Assembly: GCA_965223325.1 (NCBI GenBank)
Contig: CBDCWI010000002.1
Location: 64,001 to 128,000, forward strand
Length of the DNA: 64,000 nucleotides
Source of the DNA: Candidatus Multivoradales bacterium
GTDB taxonomy: Bacteria > Acidobacteriota > Thermoanaerobaculia > Multivoradales > Multivoraceae
Direction: 5' to 3'
The notes below the pieces were generated by a model that did no database searches, was not told the DNA's origin, and worked only from the letters and a program-made list of their open reading frames with translations. This document shows positions 49,833-63,039 of this stretch, one piece after another (within the stretch, counting starts at the first letter, position 1; each line of letters opens with the position of its first letter). The translations under genes and the position numbers were made by a program.

Positions 49833-50774
49833 ATGTACAGCGAGCTCAAGGTCTTTGGCGGTCGTGCGCATCCGGCCCTGACGCAGGAAATCTGCGACTA
49901 CCTGGAATTGCCCTGCGGCAAGGTCACTGCCTTCGACTTTTCGGATGGCGAAACGTTCTGTCAGATCGAGGAGAACGTTCGCGGCTCGGACGTGTTCATC
50001 GTCCAACCGACTTGTACGCCGGTCAACGACAACCTGGTCGAGCTGTTGATCATGCTCGACGCGTTCAAGCGCTCGTCGGCGTCGAGGGTGACAGCGGTCA
50101 TGCCCTACTACGGCTACGCGCGCCAGGACAAGAAGGACAAGCCACGCGTCCCGATCACCGCCAAACTGATCGCTGACCTGCTCTCGGCGGCCGGCGCGGA
50201 CCGCCTGCTCACCATGGATGTTCACGCGGCACAGATCTCCGGCTACTTCGACATTCCAGTCGATCACCTCTTTGCTGCCCCGGTGCTGCTCGACAAGGTT
50301 CGCGAGCTCGAGATCCCCGACCTGACCATCGTGTCGCCCGACGCCGGTGGCGTCGCGCGCGCTCGCGCGATCGCCAAGCGGTTGGACTGTGACCTGGCGA
50401 TCGTCGACAAACGGCGGGTAGCCGCCAACCAGGCAGAAGTGATGAATGTCATCGGTGACGTCGAGGGTCGCAGCACCCTGATCATTGATGACATCATCGA
50501 CACCGGCGGGACCCTGGTCAACACCGTCGAAGCCCTGCACGAGGGCGGTGCCCGGCGGGTCTACGCGGCCGGTGTGCACGGCGTGCTCTCCGGGCCCGCT
50601 CTCCAGCGCATCAACGAGAGCCGGCTGGAAAGCGTTCTGATCAGCAACACGACACCCCTGGACGACAAACTGGCGGCCTGCGAGAAGCTGGTGCCAATGT
50701 CGGTCGCTCGCCTGCTGGGTGAGGCGATCCGAAGGATTCACGACAACAGTTCGGTGACCTCTCTGTTCGTATAG
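49833..50774 (+). CDS. prs: Ribose-phosphate pyrophosphokinase
   Basis: FSDGE, PYYGYARQDKK, VSPDAGG, IIDDIIDTGGT. Confidence 0.98.
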   Translation: MYSELKVFGGRAHPALTQEICDYLELPCGKVTAFDFSDGETFCQIEENVRGSDVFIVQPTCTPVNDNLVELLIMLDAFKRSSASRVTAVMPYYGYARQDKKDKPRVPITAKLIADLLSAAGADRLLTMDVHAAQISGYFDIPVDHLFAAPVLLDKVRELEIPDLTIVSPDAGGVARARAIAKRLDCDLAIVDKRRVAANQAEVMNVIGDVEGRSTLIIDDIIDTGGTLVNTVEALHEGGARRVYAAGVHGVLSGPALQRINESRLESVLISNTTPLDDKLAACEKLVPMSVARLLGEAIRRIHDNSSVTSLFV

Positions 50775-50861
50775 CCTCTCTGTTCGCGTAGAACGAGGCT
50801 CGTATCGAACGAGGCACCGTGACCGGCGCTCCGCCAGATGGGCGCCATGAGGAACCGATCG

Positions 50862-51536
50862 ATGAGCGAAGAAACGACACTCCTGGTTGAGAACCGGGAA
50901 GAGAAGGGCAAGAACACCAACCGTCGGCTGCGCGCCACGGGGCACGTCCCCGCGGTGGTCTACGGGGGTGATCGCGATGCGGTCGCCATCAAGGTGTCCA
51001 ACCGCGCGGTCCAGAAGCTCCTACGCGAGTCAGGCGACAACGCCGTCTTCTTGCTGCAGCTCGAAGGAACCGACCAGAAGCGCCACACCATGGTTCACGA
51101 GATCCAGTACGACGCGCTCACCGGCGGTCTCGTGCATATCGACTTTCTGCGGATCAATATGGACGAGAAGGTCCGGGTGTCGGTGCCAGTCGAGATCGTC
51201 GGCACGGCCATCGGCGTCAAGAACGAGGGCGGCGTTCTCGACCACGTCCTGCGCGAAGTCGAGATCGAGTGCCTGCCGGGCGACATTCCATCGAGTCTCG
51301 AGCTCGACGTGTCCGAGCTGCACATCAACGAGCATCTCGAGGCAAAGGACATCGATCTGGCCGGCAAGCTGGAGCTGCTCGAGGAACCGTCACGTGTCAT
51401 CGTTTCGATCGCGGTTCCCAAGCGTCCGACTCTCGACGAGGAAGAGGCAGCCGCTGCCGAGGAGGAGCTGCTCGAGACCGAGGAAGCCGAGCCCGAGGTT
51501 GTCGGCAAGGGCAAGGACGACGAAGAAGAAGCGTGA
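50862..51536 (+). CDS. rplY: 50S ribosomal protein L25/Ctc
   Basis: RRLRATGHVPAVVYG, HIDFL, GVKNEGG, acidic tail. Confidence 0.96.
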   Translation: MSEETTLLVENREEKGKNTNRRLRATGHVPAVVYGGDRDAVAIKVSNRAVQKLLRESGDNAVFLLQLEGTDQKRHTMVHEIQYDALTGGLVHIDFLRINMDEKVRVSVPVEIVGTAIGVKNEGGVLDHVLREVEIECLPGDIPSSLELDVSELHINEHLEAKDIDLAGKLELLEEPSRVIVSIAVPKRPTLDEEEAAAAEEELLETEEAEPEVVGKGKDDEEEA

Positions 51537-51593
51537 CTGGGGCCCGCGGGTCGTCCTGGTGCTGCCCCGCCGGTTGAGTGCGGCGCGTAGACC

Positions 51594-52286
51594 ATGACTG
51601 AGAAGCAGCATGAGAACGCGCGGGTCAGCGAGAAGCCCGGTGATGAGGCCCCAGGACTGGCCGGCGATGAAGCCTCCAAGGCCTCTTTGCCGTGGCTGGT
51701 TCTCGGCCTCGGTAATCCGGGGCTGGAGTATCGGGAGACCCGTCACAACCTGGGGTTCATGGTGGTGGAGGAGCTCGCGCGCCGCGACAATGTGGAACTG
51801 ATCTCCGGCCCCTGTTCGACCTTCTTTGCCTCGACCGCGTCCTTCGATCTTGCCCAACCGCAGGTCTACATGAACCGCAGTGGCCTCTCGCTGCGCTGCC
51901 TGGTGGAGCGCTCGGCTTATCCGGTCGATCAGGTTCTGGTCGTCTACGATGATGTTTCACTGCCCTTGGGAACGCTCAGACTGCGTGGTCGTGGTGGTCC
52001 GGGCGGTCATCGCGGCATGGAATCGGTGATCGAGAATCTGCGAACGTCCGACGTTGCCCGCCTTCGTCTGGGCATTGCCCCCGAAGAGGGTGCGCGCGAC
52101 GAGGGGAGCGGAGGCTTTAGAGGTGGGGGTAGAGACTCGGGCACAGACCTGGCAGAATTCGTCCTGCAACCCTTCGAGGAAGATGAGTGGACCGCCGTCG
52201 CTGCCCTGGTGCAGAAGGCAGCGGACGCCAGCCAGAGCTGGAGGTCGGAAGGCGTCCAGGTCGCGATGAATCGCTGGAACGGCTGA
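51594..52286 (+). CDS. pth: Peptidyl-tRNA hydrolase
   Basis: LGLGNPG, TRHNLGF, YMNRSG, VVYDD, GGHRG, RLRLGI. Confidence 0.93.
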   Translation: MTEKQHENARVSEKPGDEAPGLAGDEASKASLPWLVLGLGNPGLEYRETRHNLGFMVVEELARRDNVELISGPCSTFFASTASFDLAQPQVYMNRSGLSLRCLVERSAYPVDQVLVVYDDVSLPLGTLRLRGRGGPGGHRGMESVIENLRTSDVARLRLGIAPEEGARDEGSGGFRGGGRDSGTDLAEFVLQPFEEDEWTAVAALVQKAADASQSWRSEGVQVAMNRWNG

Positions 52287-52509
52287 GCAGGGGTGGTGCT
52301 CTAGAGAGTTTGGCTCAGAGCTTCGGACTGGGCTGGCGCCGGGGGCTCGCGCCCGGCTGCTGCCAGAGGTTTGGCGGACTGAATCTCGGTAGCGCATGGC
52401 CCGAGCGGTCACCATCGCATGTTTTGAAACGAGAGCAATAAGAAATCACAGGTGAGGGAGTGTGCGGCCGGTGAGGCCGTGTCTCAGGATCTCGCCGGGA
52501 GGAAGAATT

Positions 52510-54600
<2,091 letters not shown>

Positions 54601-54612
54601 CGCAGCAGGTCT

Positions 54613-54643
54613 GGAGGCCGTCCCTCGAGCGGGGCGGCCTTCC
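54613..54643 (+). terminator. GC-rich hairpin after hppA
   Basis: GGAGGCCGTCCC-loop-GGGGCGGCCTTCC; no U-tract. Confidence 0.35.
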
Positions 54644-54764
54644 GTGCCGTGGGTCTTCGGTTGTGGCAAACCGCCGACGACTTGTCGTAGACTCTTCTGG
54701 TTTGCCGCCTGCCAGGTCTGGCCTGAATTGAAATCGGGATTCCTGAAAGGACCCTCTACCTATC

Positions 54765-54866
54765 GAGCGGTCTTGGGCGGTTGTTCGCTTGCCTCGGAGC
54801 GAGGTAGCGGACGGCGAGCGGAGGGGCAGTCGCCCTGCGGGACGGTCGATCAGCAAGACCGCGCTC
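54765..54866 (+). promoter_or_regulatory. Structured 5' leader of the rpsF-rpsR-rplI operon
   Basis: GAGCGGTCTTG pairs with CAAGACCGCGCTC and encloses hairpin CGCTTGCCTCG-GAG-CGAGGTAGCG; it follows a TTGAAA-containing promoter-like region. Confidence 0.45.
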
Positions 54867-55025
54867 TCTCCCGAGGGGTCGCAACGCCAGGGACCACGCT
54901 CGGGGCAGACTCAACATTCCTCCGCACCGATCGATGGAACCAGGACACCCAACTCCGGAGCTCCCGAACGCCAAGCAACGCACCATGCGTCGAGCTCGGA
55001 GCAGGAACGTTAGAAGGAAGAAACT

Positions 55026-55397
55026 GTGAGGACTTACGAACTCGTTTTTGTCGCCGACCCGCGGCTCTCCGATGAGGAGGCCGTCGAGCTCGCCGACACC
55101 TACAAGGCCCAGATCGAAGCGGACAAGAAGTCCCGGGTCACCAAAGAAGAGAGCTGGGGGCGCAAGAAGCTCGCCTACCCGATCAACAAGCTGACCGAAG
55201 GTCGCTACCACCTCTACTACATCGATGCGCCGGGAGACAACGGTCTCGCCGAAGTCGAGCAACGCCTGCGCCAGAACGACAAGGTGCTTCGTCACCTGGT
55301 CGTGCGCACCGACCTCGACCTGAAGCGTGCGGCCGCCAAGGGTAAACCGCCACGTGAACCACAAGAGGGCGACGAGCCCGAGAAGAAGTCCGCCTGA
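55026..55397 (+). CDS. rpsF: 30S ribosomal protein S6
   Basis: MRTYELVFV, WGRKKLAYPI, VLRHLVV. Confidence 0.96.
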   Translation: MRTYELVFVADPRLSDEEAVELADTYKAQIEADKKSRVTKEESWGRKKLAYPINKLTEGRYHLYYIDAPGDNGLAEVEQRLRQNDKVLRHLVVRTDLDLKRAAAKGKPPREPQEGDEPEKKSA

Positions 55398-55419
55398 GGC
55401 GGCTCAGGAGAACTGAACC

Positions 55420-55650
55420 ATGGCAAGACGCCGTACATTCTTTCGCCGCCGCAAGGTCTGCAAGTTCTGTGTCGATGGGCTCGAGTACGTCGACTACAAA
55501 GACATCGCGCTGCTCAAGCAGTACACGCCGGAGCGGGCCAAGATCCTGCCGCGCCGCATTTCGGGTACCTGCTCGCGTCATCAGCGACTGCTGGCATCGG
55601 CGATCCACCGGGCGCGTCAACTGGCACTGCTTCCCTTCGTTTCGGACTGA
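55420..55650 (+). CDS. rpsR: 30S ribosomal protein S18 (Zn-binding form)
   Basis: [38 protein letters not shown]. Confidence 0.97.
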   Translation: MARRRTFFRRRKVCKFCVDGLEYVDYKDIALLKQYTPERAKILPRRISGTCSRHQRLLASAIHRARQLALLPFVSD

Positions 55651-55775
55651 GAAACGCCTCGAGTCCTTTTCGCGAAATGGCGCCCGGAACGGCGCGTCGC
55701 AACCAAAGCAACTCCGACAGAGATTTCGCCGCGCCTCGAGCGTCCCCACGGACCGCGCGGCTCAGGTAGGGAACC

Positions 55776-56225
55776 ATGGAAGTCATTCTGCTCACCGATA
55801 TTCGCAGCCAGGGTCGTCGTGGCGAAGTCATCAACGTCAAACCAGGCTACGCCCGTAACTACCTCATGCCGAAGGGCATGGCCTTGCCTGCCACGAAAGG
55901 CAACCGGCACTGGTTCGAGGAACAGCGCACGAAGATCGAAGCGCGCCTCAATCAGGAACGGGACGCCGCTGCTCTGGCCGGCGCCGAGATCCAGGGCACG
56001 GTCATTGAGATCGCCAAGCGTGCCGGCGAGACCGAGACGCTCTACGGTTCGGTCACCCCCTACGAGATCATGGAGGCGCTGGCAGAGCGTGGCATCAAAG
56101 TGTCGCGTTCTCAGCTCGACCTCGCGGGCGGCATCAAGACCCTCGGCGAGCACCCGGTTGGTGTCGATCTTCACACCGAGGTCACCGCCGAGATCATCGT
56201 TCGAGTGATTCCGGCAAGCGGCTAA
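55776..56225 (+). CDS. rplI: 50S ribosomal protein L9
   Basis: MEVILL, VKPGYARNYLMP, LYGSVT, IKTLGEH. Confidence 0.97.
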   Translation: MEVILLTDIRSQGRRGEVINVKPGYARNYLMPKGMALPATKGNRHWFEEQRTKIEARLNQERDAAALAGAEIQGTVIEIAKRAGETETLYGSVTPYEIMEALAERGIKVSRSQLDLAGGIKTLGEHPVGVDLHTEVTAEIIVRVIPASG

Positions 56226-56233
56226 GGCGAGCG

Positions 56234-57445
56234 GTGGAAGACCGGTCTCCTGCGGCCACCGGCGCACCACCGACCGGTGCCCCGGCGGGCCGTTCTGTCG
56301 AGGACTTTCTCGGCGAGCCGACACGTCGTTTCGAAGATTGGCGCTGGCTTTTCGAACAGGACGAGAGCTTTCCGATCCGCAGCCACCGGGGGCTCTTCGG
56401 TTCGCTGGTGGTGGCCTGGAAGCGCATGCTGCGGCCGTTGGTCGTCACTCCTCAGCGTGACCTGTGGGAGCGTCAGCGGATCTTCAATCTGATCGCGCTC
56501 GAGCATCTCGAGCGGCAAGCGCAGCGGCTCGACCACCGCGAAGCGCTTCTCGAAAAGGGCCTCGCCGAAATCATGCGGCACACCGACGCGCTGTACTCGC
56601 GAGTCGATCAGAAGCTCGACGCCCTGAGGCGCGAGTCGAGCGACCACTCTGCGCGTCTGCGGGCCGCTCTTGCATTGGTTGAGGCGGGTGAAGTCGATGC
56701 TGCCGGCGCGCTCCGGCGGGCGGAGGACGAAACCGACTATCGGCAGCTCGAAGAGCGGTACCGCGGCAGTCGCGAGGTCATCGAAGCGCGGGTCAGAACG
56801 CACCTGGACCGGCTCGCCGGATGCACACGGGTTCTCGACCTCGGCTGCGGCCGAGGAGAGGCCCTGGCTGTCCTCGCCGCCGCTGGCAAGGATGCGCTGG
56901 GGGTCGACAGCAGTGAGGAAATGGTGCGCGCATGTCGGGCCGAGGGGCTCGAGGCCGAGGTCTCGGATCTCTTCGAGTACCTCTCTGGGCAAGAGGCCGA
57001 GAGCTTCGATGCCGTGGTGTCGTTTCATGTCATCGAGCATTTGCCGACCGATCGGCTCGATGGGTTGCTGCGCCTCGCCTGGAGGGTGCTCCGGCCCGGC
57101 GGGGTCTTGCTGCTCGAGACGCCAAGCCCCCTCAGTCTGGTGGCTGGGGCGCGCAACTTCTGGCTCGACCCGACCCACATTCGTCCAGTGCATCCCCAGT
57201 GGTTGGCTTTTGCCTACGAGCGCGCCGGCTTCGATGACATCGAGCGCATCGACTGCAACCCGTTCGCGGACGGCGATCGACTACCCGAGCTCGGCCGACG
57301 AGAAGATGGCGAGCTCGACGAGCACAGTCAGAGGATCCTCGATCGGCTTGGTCGCCTGCGGGATCGGCTCGACGATCTGCTCTTCGGTGCCCAGGACTAC
57401 GCGCTCTTCGGCCGCCGGGGCGGGAGTTCTTCAGGAAGCCCCTAG
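56234..57445 (+). CDS. Class I SAM-dependent methyltransferase with N-terminal coiled coil (surface-glycan associated type)
   Basis: YRQLEERYRGS, VLDLGCGRGE, SFHVIEHL, LRPGG, NFWLDPTHIRPVHP, GAQDYA. Confidence 0.85.
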   Translation: MEDRSPAATGAPPTGAPAGRSVEDFLGEPTRRFEDWRWLFEQDESFPIRSHRGLFGSLVVAWKRMLRPLVVTPQRDLWERQRIFNLIALEHLERQAQRLDHREALLEKGLAEIMRHTDALYSRVDQKLDALRRESSDHSARLRAALALVEAGEVDAAGALRRAEDETDYRQLEERYRGSREVIEARVRTHLDRLAGCTRVLDLGCGRGEALAVLAAAGKDALGVDSSEEMVRACRAEGLEAEVSDLFEYLSGQEAESFDAVVSFHVIEHLPTDRLDGLLRLAWRVLRPGGVLLLETPSPLSLVAGARNFWLDPTHIRPVHPQWLAFAYERAGFDDIERIDCNPFADGDRLPELGRREDGELDEHSQRILDRLGRLRDRLDDLLFGAQDYALFGRRGGSSSGSP

Positions 57446-60417
57446 GAACCTGCCCGGGCTTCGCGTTCTTCTTCGACCAGGCTCCAGTCTTCAATGTCCT
57501 CTGGCATGTGCTCACCCTCTTTGGCCAGGCCATAGAAGGGGCGCTGCTGGTACCAGGGCAGGCCGAGGATCTGAAGCCAACGGGCTTCGTACTGGATCGT
57601 CGGTTCGGTGCCGGCGATGAACGCCTCCTCGACTGCGTTGGGCGAGGCCTCCGTCGCCAAGAGGCCGGTGTCGTGATCGACCCAGCGCTTGGTGATCTTG
57701 CCCGGGACCACGAAGCGCTCGCCGCGGGTGATCCAGCCCTCTTCGATGCCGCGTTCGAAGATCGCCTTCCAGATCGGTAGCGCCGCAGCAGCGCCGGTCA
57801 TGTTGCGCCCGATCGAGCGCTTCTTGTCGTAGCCGACCCAGACCACCAGGGTGTAGGACGGCGAGAAGCCGGCGAACCAGGCGTCGGTGTAGCCGTCGGT
57901 GGTGCCGGTCTTGCCGGCGAGGTCGAGGTCGAGGCCGGCAACCAGCCGCCCGGTCCCTCGATCGATGACGCCTTCGAGCATGCTGGTCAGAACGTAGGCG
58001 ACCTCGGGCTCCATTGCCTGACTGGCACGTGGCGAGTGCTGCTCGAGGAGGCGGCCGGACTGGGTGGCGACCGACTCGATCAGGTAGGGCTCGACGTAGA
58101 AGCCCTGATTGGCAATCGAGGCGTAGGCACCGGCGAGCTCGAGTGGCGACAGCTCGATCACCCCGAGCGCCAGGCTGGCGTAGGGCTGGAGCTCGGTGCT
58201 GATGCCGGCGCGCTTTGAGAAATCGATCACCCGGTCGGCCCCGATCATTTCCTGGATCTTGACCGCCGTGACGTTGGCTGACTTCTCGAGCGCCTTGCGC
58301 AGGGTCAGGATGCCGTGGTAGGTGCGGTAGAAGTTTCGCGGACTGTAGTTCGGTGTGCCATCTGCGCCAGCGAACACCACCGGGGCGTCGAACAGCGTGT
58401 CGGCGGCGGTGTAGCCGTTCTCGAGCGCGGCGCCGTAGACGAAGGGCTTGTAGGCCGAGCCCACCTGACGACGCGCCTGTGAAGCGCGGTTGAACTCGTT
58501 GCGCTCGAAGCTCCAGCCGCCAACCATCGCGCGCACTGCTCCGGAAGACGACTCGAGCAGAACGCCAGCGGCCTCGAGCTCGGGTTCCTGGGTGAGGTTG
58601 ATGGTCAGCTTGGCAGGATCGATCGAAAGAGCGGCGGCGGGATCGTTTTCGCCGGTGGATGCGTCCTCGGTGGCGGCCGTCGCCGAGGCTGGCTCGGGCG
58701 GCGGTCCGAACTCGAACCACGCGATGTCGCCCGGCGAAAGCACCCGGTCGGCGTTGGCCTGACGAGTCCACTTGTAGCCTGCGGACTCGAGGGTGTAGTG
58801 GTGGTCGCCTATGCGAACGGTCGCCGTCTTGCGGTCAGTCGCCAGCACCACGCCCTGGGCCCAGGTCCCGGGCAGGGGTTCGAGAGACGGCCAGCTCGTC
58901 AGCTCGTGATCGGCGGGCTCGATGCCGTCGGGGACCTGGTCTGGAGCGCCACGCCAGCCCTTCCTACGGTCCAGCGACAAGAGCCCGGCTCGCACGGCGT
59001 CTTCCATGGCCCGCTGGGCATCGGCGTGCAGGGTCGTTCGTACCTGCAGGCCGCGCTCGTAGAGGCTCTTTTCGCCAAAACGTTCGTAGAGGTAGCGCCG
59101 AACCTCCTCGGAGAAGTAGTCGCCCATCTGCGCTTTGGGGCGGAAGCGAACGACCTCGAGCGGTACCAGGACGGCAGCGTCGTGCTCCTCTTTGGTGACA
59201 TAGCCCTCGGCGAGCATCTGGGCGATGACGCGGTCGCGGCGGGCACGGATGAGGTCGGGCTTCTGGCGCGGGCTCCAATGACTGGGGCGGGGCAGGATGG
59301 CGACCAGCGTCGCCGCCTCGGGCACCGTGAGGTCGCGGGCGTTCTTTCCGAAGTAGTCGCGCGAGGCGGCTTCGATCCCGTAGTTGCCGTCGCCCATGTT
59401 CATCAGGTTGGCGTAGAGCGTCAGAATCTGCTGTTTCGTGAACTTGTCTTCGAGCTCGGTCGCGAGCACCGCCTGGTTGATCTTGCGTCGCCAGGTTTTC
59501 TCAGGGCTCAAGAACAACTGCTTGGCGAGCTGCATGGTGATCGTCGAGGCGCCCTGTCCGCGGGTGCCGGTGATCATGTTGCTGAGCATGGCGCGCGGAA
59601 TGCCCAGGACGTCGATCCCTCCGTGACTGTAGAAGTTCTTGTCTTCCATCGCCAGCAGGGCATCGATGAAGACCTGCGGAACCTCGCCGTCCCTGAGCAT
59701 CACGCGGCGTTCGTGCGAGTGATAGGTGCGAATCTGCCGGCCCTGAGCGTCGTGCACGCGGGTGATCACCGCCGGGGCGAGATCAGAGATCGACTCCACA
59801 TCTGGAATGTGAATCGAAGCCGCAACCAGGGCGCCGGTAATGCCACCCAGAACGAGCGCCAGGAGGGCGGGCACGACCCAGCGCCGCAGGATGCGCTGGC
59901 CGGTCGAGGGCGCGGTGGCGGCGCTGGCGCTGCCCGCATTGGGGTCGCGTCGCCTCCGGGGGCTGGTGGTGGTTTGGCGCTCGGGCCCAGGTCCGCCGGT
60001 CGACTCTCCGGAGCGGCGGTTGGTGCGCACGCGAATAGGCCCCGGTCCGGTGCTCTTCCCACGCTCTAGAGGTTGATCGCCGACGTTTGGTGCGCTCCCG
60101 GGGGAAGCGAGCCCATCCGAGGCCGACCCGTTCGAGGTCGGTTCGCGGGGGAGGTCGGCCGACTCGGCAGTCGCGCTCTGTCGCGGAGTTCGTGGTGTCG
60201 ACGTCTGTGGCGTCGAGTCCTGTGGCATGGACTCCGGCGTCTCTTCTGGCGGGAGGCCCACGGGCGCGGGCGCTCGCTCGATCGATTCGCTCGCTCCGTT
60301 CGCCGCGCTCAGGTGGGTGGGGTCGGTGGCTGTCGCTTCCGCTGTGCGCTCGAGAGAACCGTCCTCTGAAGCGTCCCCTGGGTCGATTCGTTTGCCGTCT
60401 GGCGCATCGTTTTCCAC
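57442..60417 (-). CDS. mrcA: Class A penicillin-binding protein 1A
   Basis: TG motifs EDKNFYSHGG, GASTITMQL, RKINQ; TP motifs SAYK, SAN, KTG; long disordered N-terminus. Start placed at GTG 60417 from promoter spacing. Confidence 0.92.
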   Translation of the reverse strand: MENDAPDGKRIDPGDASEDGSLERTAEATATDPTHLSAANGASESIERAPAPVGLPPEETPESMPQDSTPQTSTPRTPRQSATAESADLPREPTSNGSASDGLASPGSAPNVGDQPLERGKSTGPGPIRVRTNRRSGESTGGPGPERQTTTSPRRRRDPNAGSASAATAPSTGQRILRRWVVPALLALVLGGITGALVAASIHIPDVESISDLAPAVITRVHDAQGRQIRTYHSHERRVMLRDGEVPQVFIDALLAMEDKNFYSHGGIDVLGIPRAMLSNMITGTRGQGASTITMQLAKQLFLSPEKTWRRKINQAVLATELEDKFTKQQILTLYANLMNMGDGNYGIEAASRDYFGKNARDLTVPEAATLVAILPRPSHWSPRQKPDLIRARRDRVIAQMLAEGYVTKEEHDAAVLVPLEVVRFRPKAQMGDYFSEEVRRYLYERFGEKSLYERGLQVRTTLHADAQRAMEDAVRAGLLSLDRRKGWRGAPDQVPDGIEPADHELTSWPSLEPLPGTWAQGVVLATDRKTATVRIGDHHYTLESAGYKWTRQANADRVLSPGDIAWFEFGPPPEPASATAATEDASTGENDPAAALSIDPAKLTINLTQEPELEAAGVLLESSSGAVRAMVGGWSFERNEFNRASQARRQVGSAYKPFVYGAALENGYTAADTLFDAPVVFAGADGTPNYSPRNFYRTYHGILTLRKALEKSANVTAVKIQEMIGADRVIDFSKRAGISTELQPYASLALGVIELSPLELAGAYASIANQGFYVEPYLIESVATQSGRLLEQHSPRASQAMEPEVAYVLTSMLEGVIDRGTGRLVAGLDLDLAGKTGTTDGYTDAWFAGFSPSYTLVVWVGYDKKRSIGRNMTGAAAALPIWKAIFERGIEEGWITRGERFVVPGKITKRWVDHDTGLLATEASPNAVEEAFIAGTEPTIQYEARWLQILGLPWYQQRPFYGLAKEGEHMPEDIEDWSLVEEEREARAGS

Positions 60418-60523
60418 CCACGAAGTATGCCACGCGGTCGACCTTCCTTGCCGAGGCTCGCCCGTCTTCGGGGGCGCGGGAATGTCCCCCCAACCGAGGT
60501 CCAGTGGCCGATAGAGTGCCGCC

Positions 60524-61027
60524 ATGGATCGTCCAAGCGATGCCGAAATCCCCCCGATCCCAGAGCCCTTCACGCCGATTGGGCCGGAGCTTCCTGCGCC
60601 CGGCCCCAGCGGCTGTGGACTACCCATGCTGGTGGGTTGCGGCGTGCTCACCCTGGTTGCACTGGTGATGGCGGTTGTGGTGACGGTCAACGCACCGAGG
60701 TTGGTCGCCTGGGCCTTCGAGCAGTCACGGATCGTGGTCTTCGACGCTCTGCCCGAGGACATGCCGGCCGAGGAGCGGCGTGAGCTCGAGCGGGTGTGGG
60801 CAGAGACGGTGCGCGGCATGCAAGAGCAACGCATCCCTGCCGAGCGGTGGGCCGAGATCCAGTCCGCGATTCAGAGGGCGGTCGAACAGGCCCGCGACGA
60901 CAAGCTCACGCGGGAAGACGCGGCACGACTGACCGCCGACCTGCAAGCGGTCCTCGAGAGTGCGAAGCCTTCGGTCAACGCTTCGCGCGGGTCACCGAGA
61001 GAAAGAAGGGGCGGCTCGCGTGGCTGA
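60524..61027 (+). CDS. Hypothetical single-TM membrane protein
   Basis: [11 protein letters not shown] + TM helix + helical C-terminus; overlaps the uvrB start. Confidence 0.65.
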   Translation: MDRPSDAEIPPIPEPFTPIGPELPAPGPSGCGLPMLVGCGVLTLVALVMAVVVTVNAPRLVAWAFEQSRIVVFDALPEDMPAEERRELERVWAETVRGMQEQRIPAERWAEIQSAIQRAVEQARDDKLTREDAARLTADLQAVLESAKPSVNASRGSPRERRGGSRG

Positions 61028-63008
61028 GCGTTTTCGCATCGTTTCGCCGCTCGAGCCGCAGGGCGACCAGCCCCAAGCGATTCGGGAGCTGAGCGAAGGT
61101 GTGCTGGCGGGTACCAACGAGCAGGTTCTGCTCGGGGTGACCGGCTCCGGCAAGACGTTTACCGCCGCCAAGCTGGTCGAAGCCGTCAACCGGCCGACCC
61201 TCGTGTTGTCGCACAACAAGACGCTCGCGGCGCAGCTCTACCAGGAGTTCAAGAGCTTCTTTCCCGAGAACGCGGTCGAGTACTTCGTCTCCTACTACGA
61301 CTACTACCAGCCCGAAGCCTACGTTCCCCAGAGTGACACCTATATCGAGAAAGAAACCTCGATCAACGACGAGATCGATCGTTTGCGACTCCGGACGACG
61401 ACTTCGCTCGCCGAGCGGCGCGACGTGCTGATCGTTGCCTCGGTGTCGTGCATCTACGGCCTCGGTTCGCCGGCGGCCTTCTATGGCATGTTGCACTTCT
61501 TCGAGGTAGGTCGCGATGAAGCGATGGAGAAGGCCCTCCGTCAGCTGATCGAGATGCAGTATGAGCGCACCCGGCTCGATCTCTTTCACGGCAGCTTTCG
61601 GGTGCGTGGAGACGTGCTGGAGATCCTGCCTGCGTACGACGACCGCGGAATCCGCATTGAGTACTTTGGCGACGAGATCGAGGCGATCTCGCGCTTCGAC
61701 GTGTTGACGGGTTCGGTCGCCGAGCGCCTCCAGAAGGTGCCGATCTACCCGCGGCGTCACTACGTCACCCCTCAGGAGACGCTGCTACGGGCGATTCGCA
61801 CGATCGAAGAAGAGCTGGCAGAACGTCTGGCCGAGCTGCACTCCGAAGACAAGCTGCTCGAGATGCAGCGCCTCGAGCAGCGCACGCGTTTCGATCTCGA
61901 GATGCTGCGCGAGACCGGCACTTGCCACGGCATCGAGAACTACTCGCGTCACCTCACCGGTCTCGCGCCGGGCCAGCCGCCGCCGACCTTGATCGACTAC
62001 CTACCTGACGATTTCCTCCTCTTGATCGACGAGAGCCATCAGACGGTGCCCCAGGTACGCGGTATGTACAACGGTGATCGGGCGCGCAAGGAGGTCCTCG
62101 TTGAGTATGGCTTTCGCCTGCCGAGTGCGCTCGACAACCGGCCGCTGCGCTTCGAGGAATTTGAAGAACGCGTCGACCAGCGGCTCTACATCTCGGCCAC
62201 TCCCGGCCCCTTCGAGCTCGATCGAACCGGCGGCGTGTTCGTCGAACAGGTCATCCGGCCGACAGGTCTGCTCGACCCGCCGATCGACGTGCGCCCCTCG
62301 CGCGGGCAGATCGACGACCTGGTGGACGAGATCCGACAGGTGACTGAGCGCGATGAGCGTGTCCTGGTGACGACCTTGACCAAGCGGATGGCCGAGGAGC
62401 TCACCCAGTACCTCACCGAGCTGGGCATCCGGGTGCGCTATCTACATAGCGACATCGTGACGCTCGAGCGGGTCGAGATCACCGCCGGTTTGCGACGTGG
62501 AGACTTCGACGTTCTGGTGGGGATCAACCTCCTGCGTGAAGGCTTGGACCTACCCGAAGTCTCGCTGGTGGCGATCATCGATGCCGACAAGGAAGGCTTT
62601 CTGCGCAGCGAGACCTCCCTGGTCCAGACCGTCGGGCGGGCGGCACGCAATCTCAATGGTCGAGTGATCTTCTACGCCGACAAAGTGACCGGTTCGATGC
62701 AGCATGCGATCGACGAAACGCGTCGTCGCCGCGAGAAGCAGACCGCCTACAACCAGGAGCACGGTATCGAGCCGGCGACGATTCTCAAGGAGATTCACAA
62801 CCCGATGGTGCAGATGGCGAACCTCGACTACGCGGCGGACGCAGCGACGCCACTCGTCGAGCTGTCCGAGGCTTCCCACCTGCCGTTGCGCAAGCGCATC
62901 GAAGCGGTGGAGAAGGCCATGCGCGAAGCCTCACGCCGGCTCGAGTTCGAACAGGCCGCCGTCTACCGTGACCAGCTCAAGCGGCTCAACGAACAGAAGG
63001 TGATCTGA
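61020..63008 (+). CDS. uvrB: Excinuclease ABC subunit B
   Basis: [51 protein letters not shown] domain. Confidence 0.98.
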   Translation: MAERFRIVSPLEPQGDQPQAIRELSEGVLAGTNEQVLLGVTGSGKTFTAAKLVEAVNRPTLVLSHNKTLAAQLYQEFKSFFPENAVEYFVSYYDYYQPEAYVPQSDTYIEKETSINDEIDRLRLRTTTSLAERRDVLIVASVSCIYGLGSPAAFYGMLHFFEVGRDEAMEKALRQLIEMQYERTRLDLFHGSFRVRGDVLEILPAYDDRGIRIEYFGDEIEAISRFDVLTGSVAERLQKVPIYPRRHYVTPQETLLRAIRTIEEELAERLAELHSEDKLLEMQRLEQRTRFDLEMLRETGTCHGIENYSRHLTGLAPGQPPPTLIDYLPDDFLLLIDESHQTVPQVRGMYNGDRARKEVLVEYGFRLPSALDNRPLRFEEFEERVDQRLYISATPGPFELDRTGGVFVEQVIRPTGLLDPPIDVRPSRGQIDDLVDEIRQVTERDERVLVTTLTKRMAEELTQYLTELGIRVRYLHSDIVTLERVEITAGLRRGDFDVLVGINLLREGLDLPEVSLVAIIDADKEGFLRSETSLVQTVGRAARNLNGRVIFYADKVTGSMQHAIDETRRRREKQTAYNQEHGIEPATILKEIHNPMVQMANLDYAADAATPLVELSEASHLPLRKRIEAVEKAMREASRRLEFEQAAVYRDQLKRLNEQKVI

Positions 63009-63039
63009 GGGCCGCACTCGGCTGCGACAGTCGGCTAAC

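Noticed and set aside
60418-60834. PBP1A start at 60834 as in the ORF track
   Set aside because: It would overlap the divergent 60524-61027 gene; promoter spacing favours GTG 60417.
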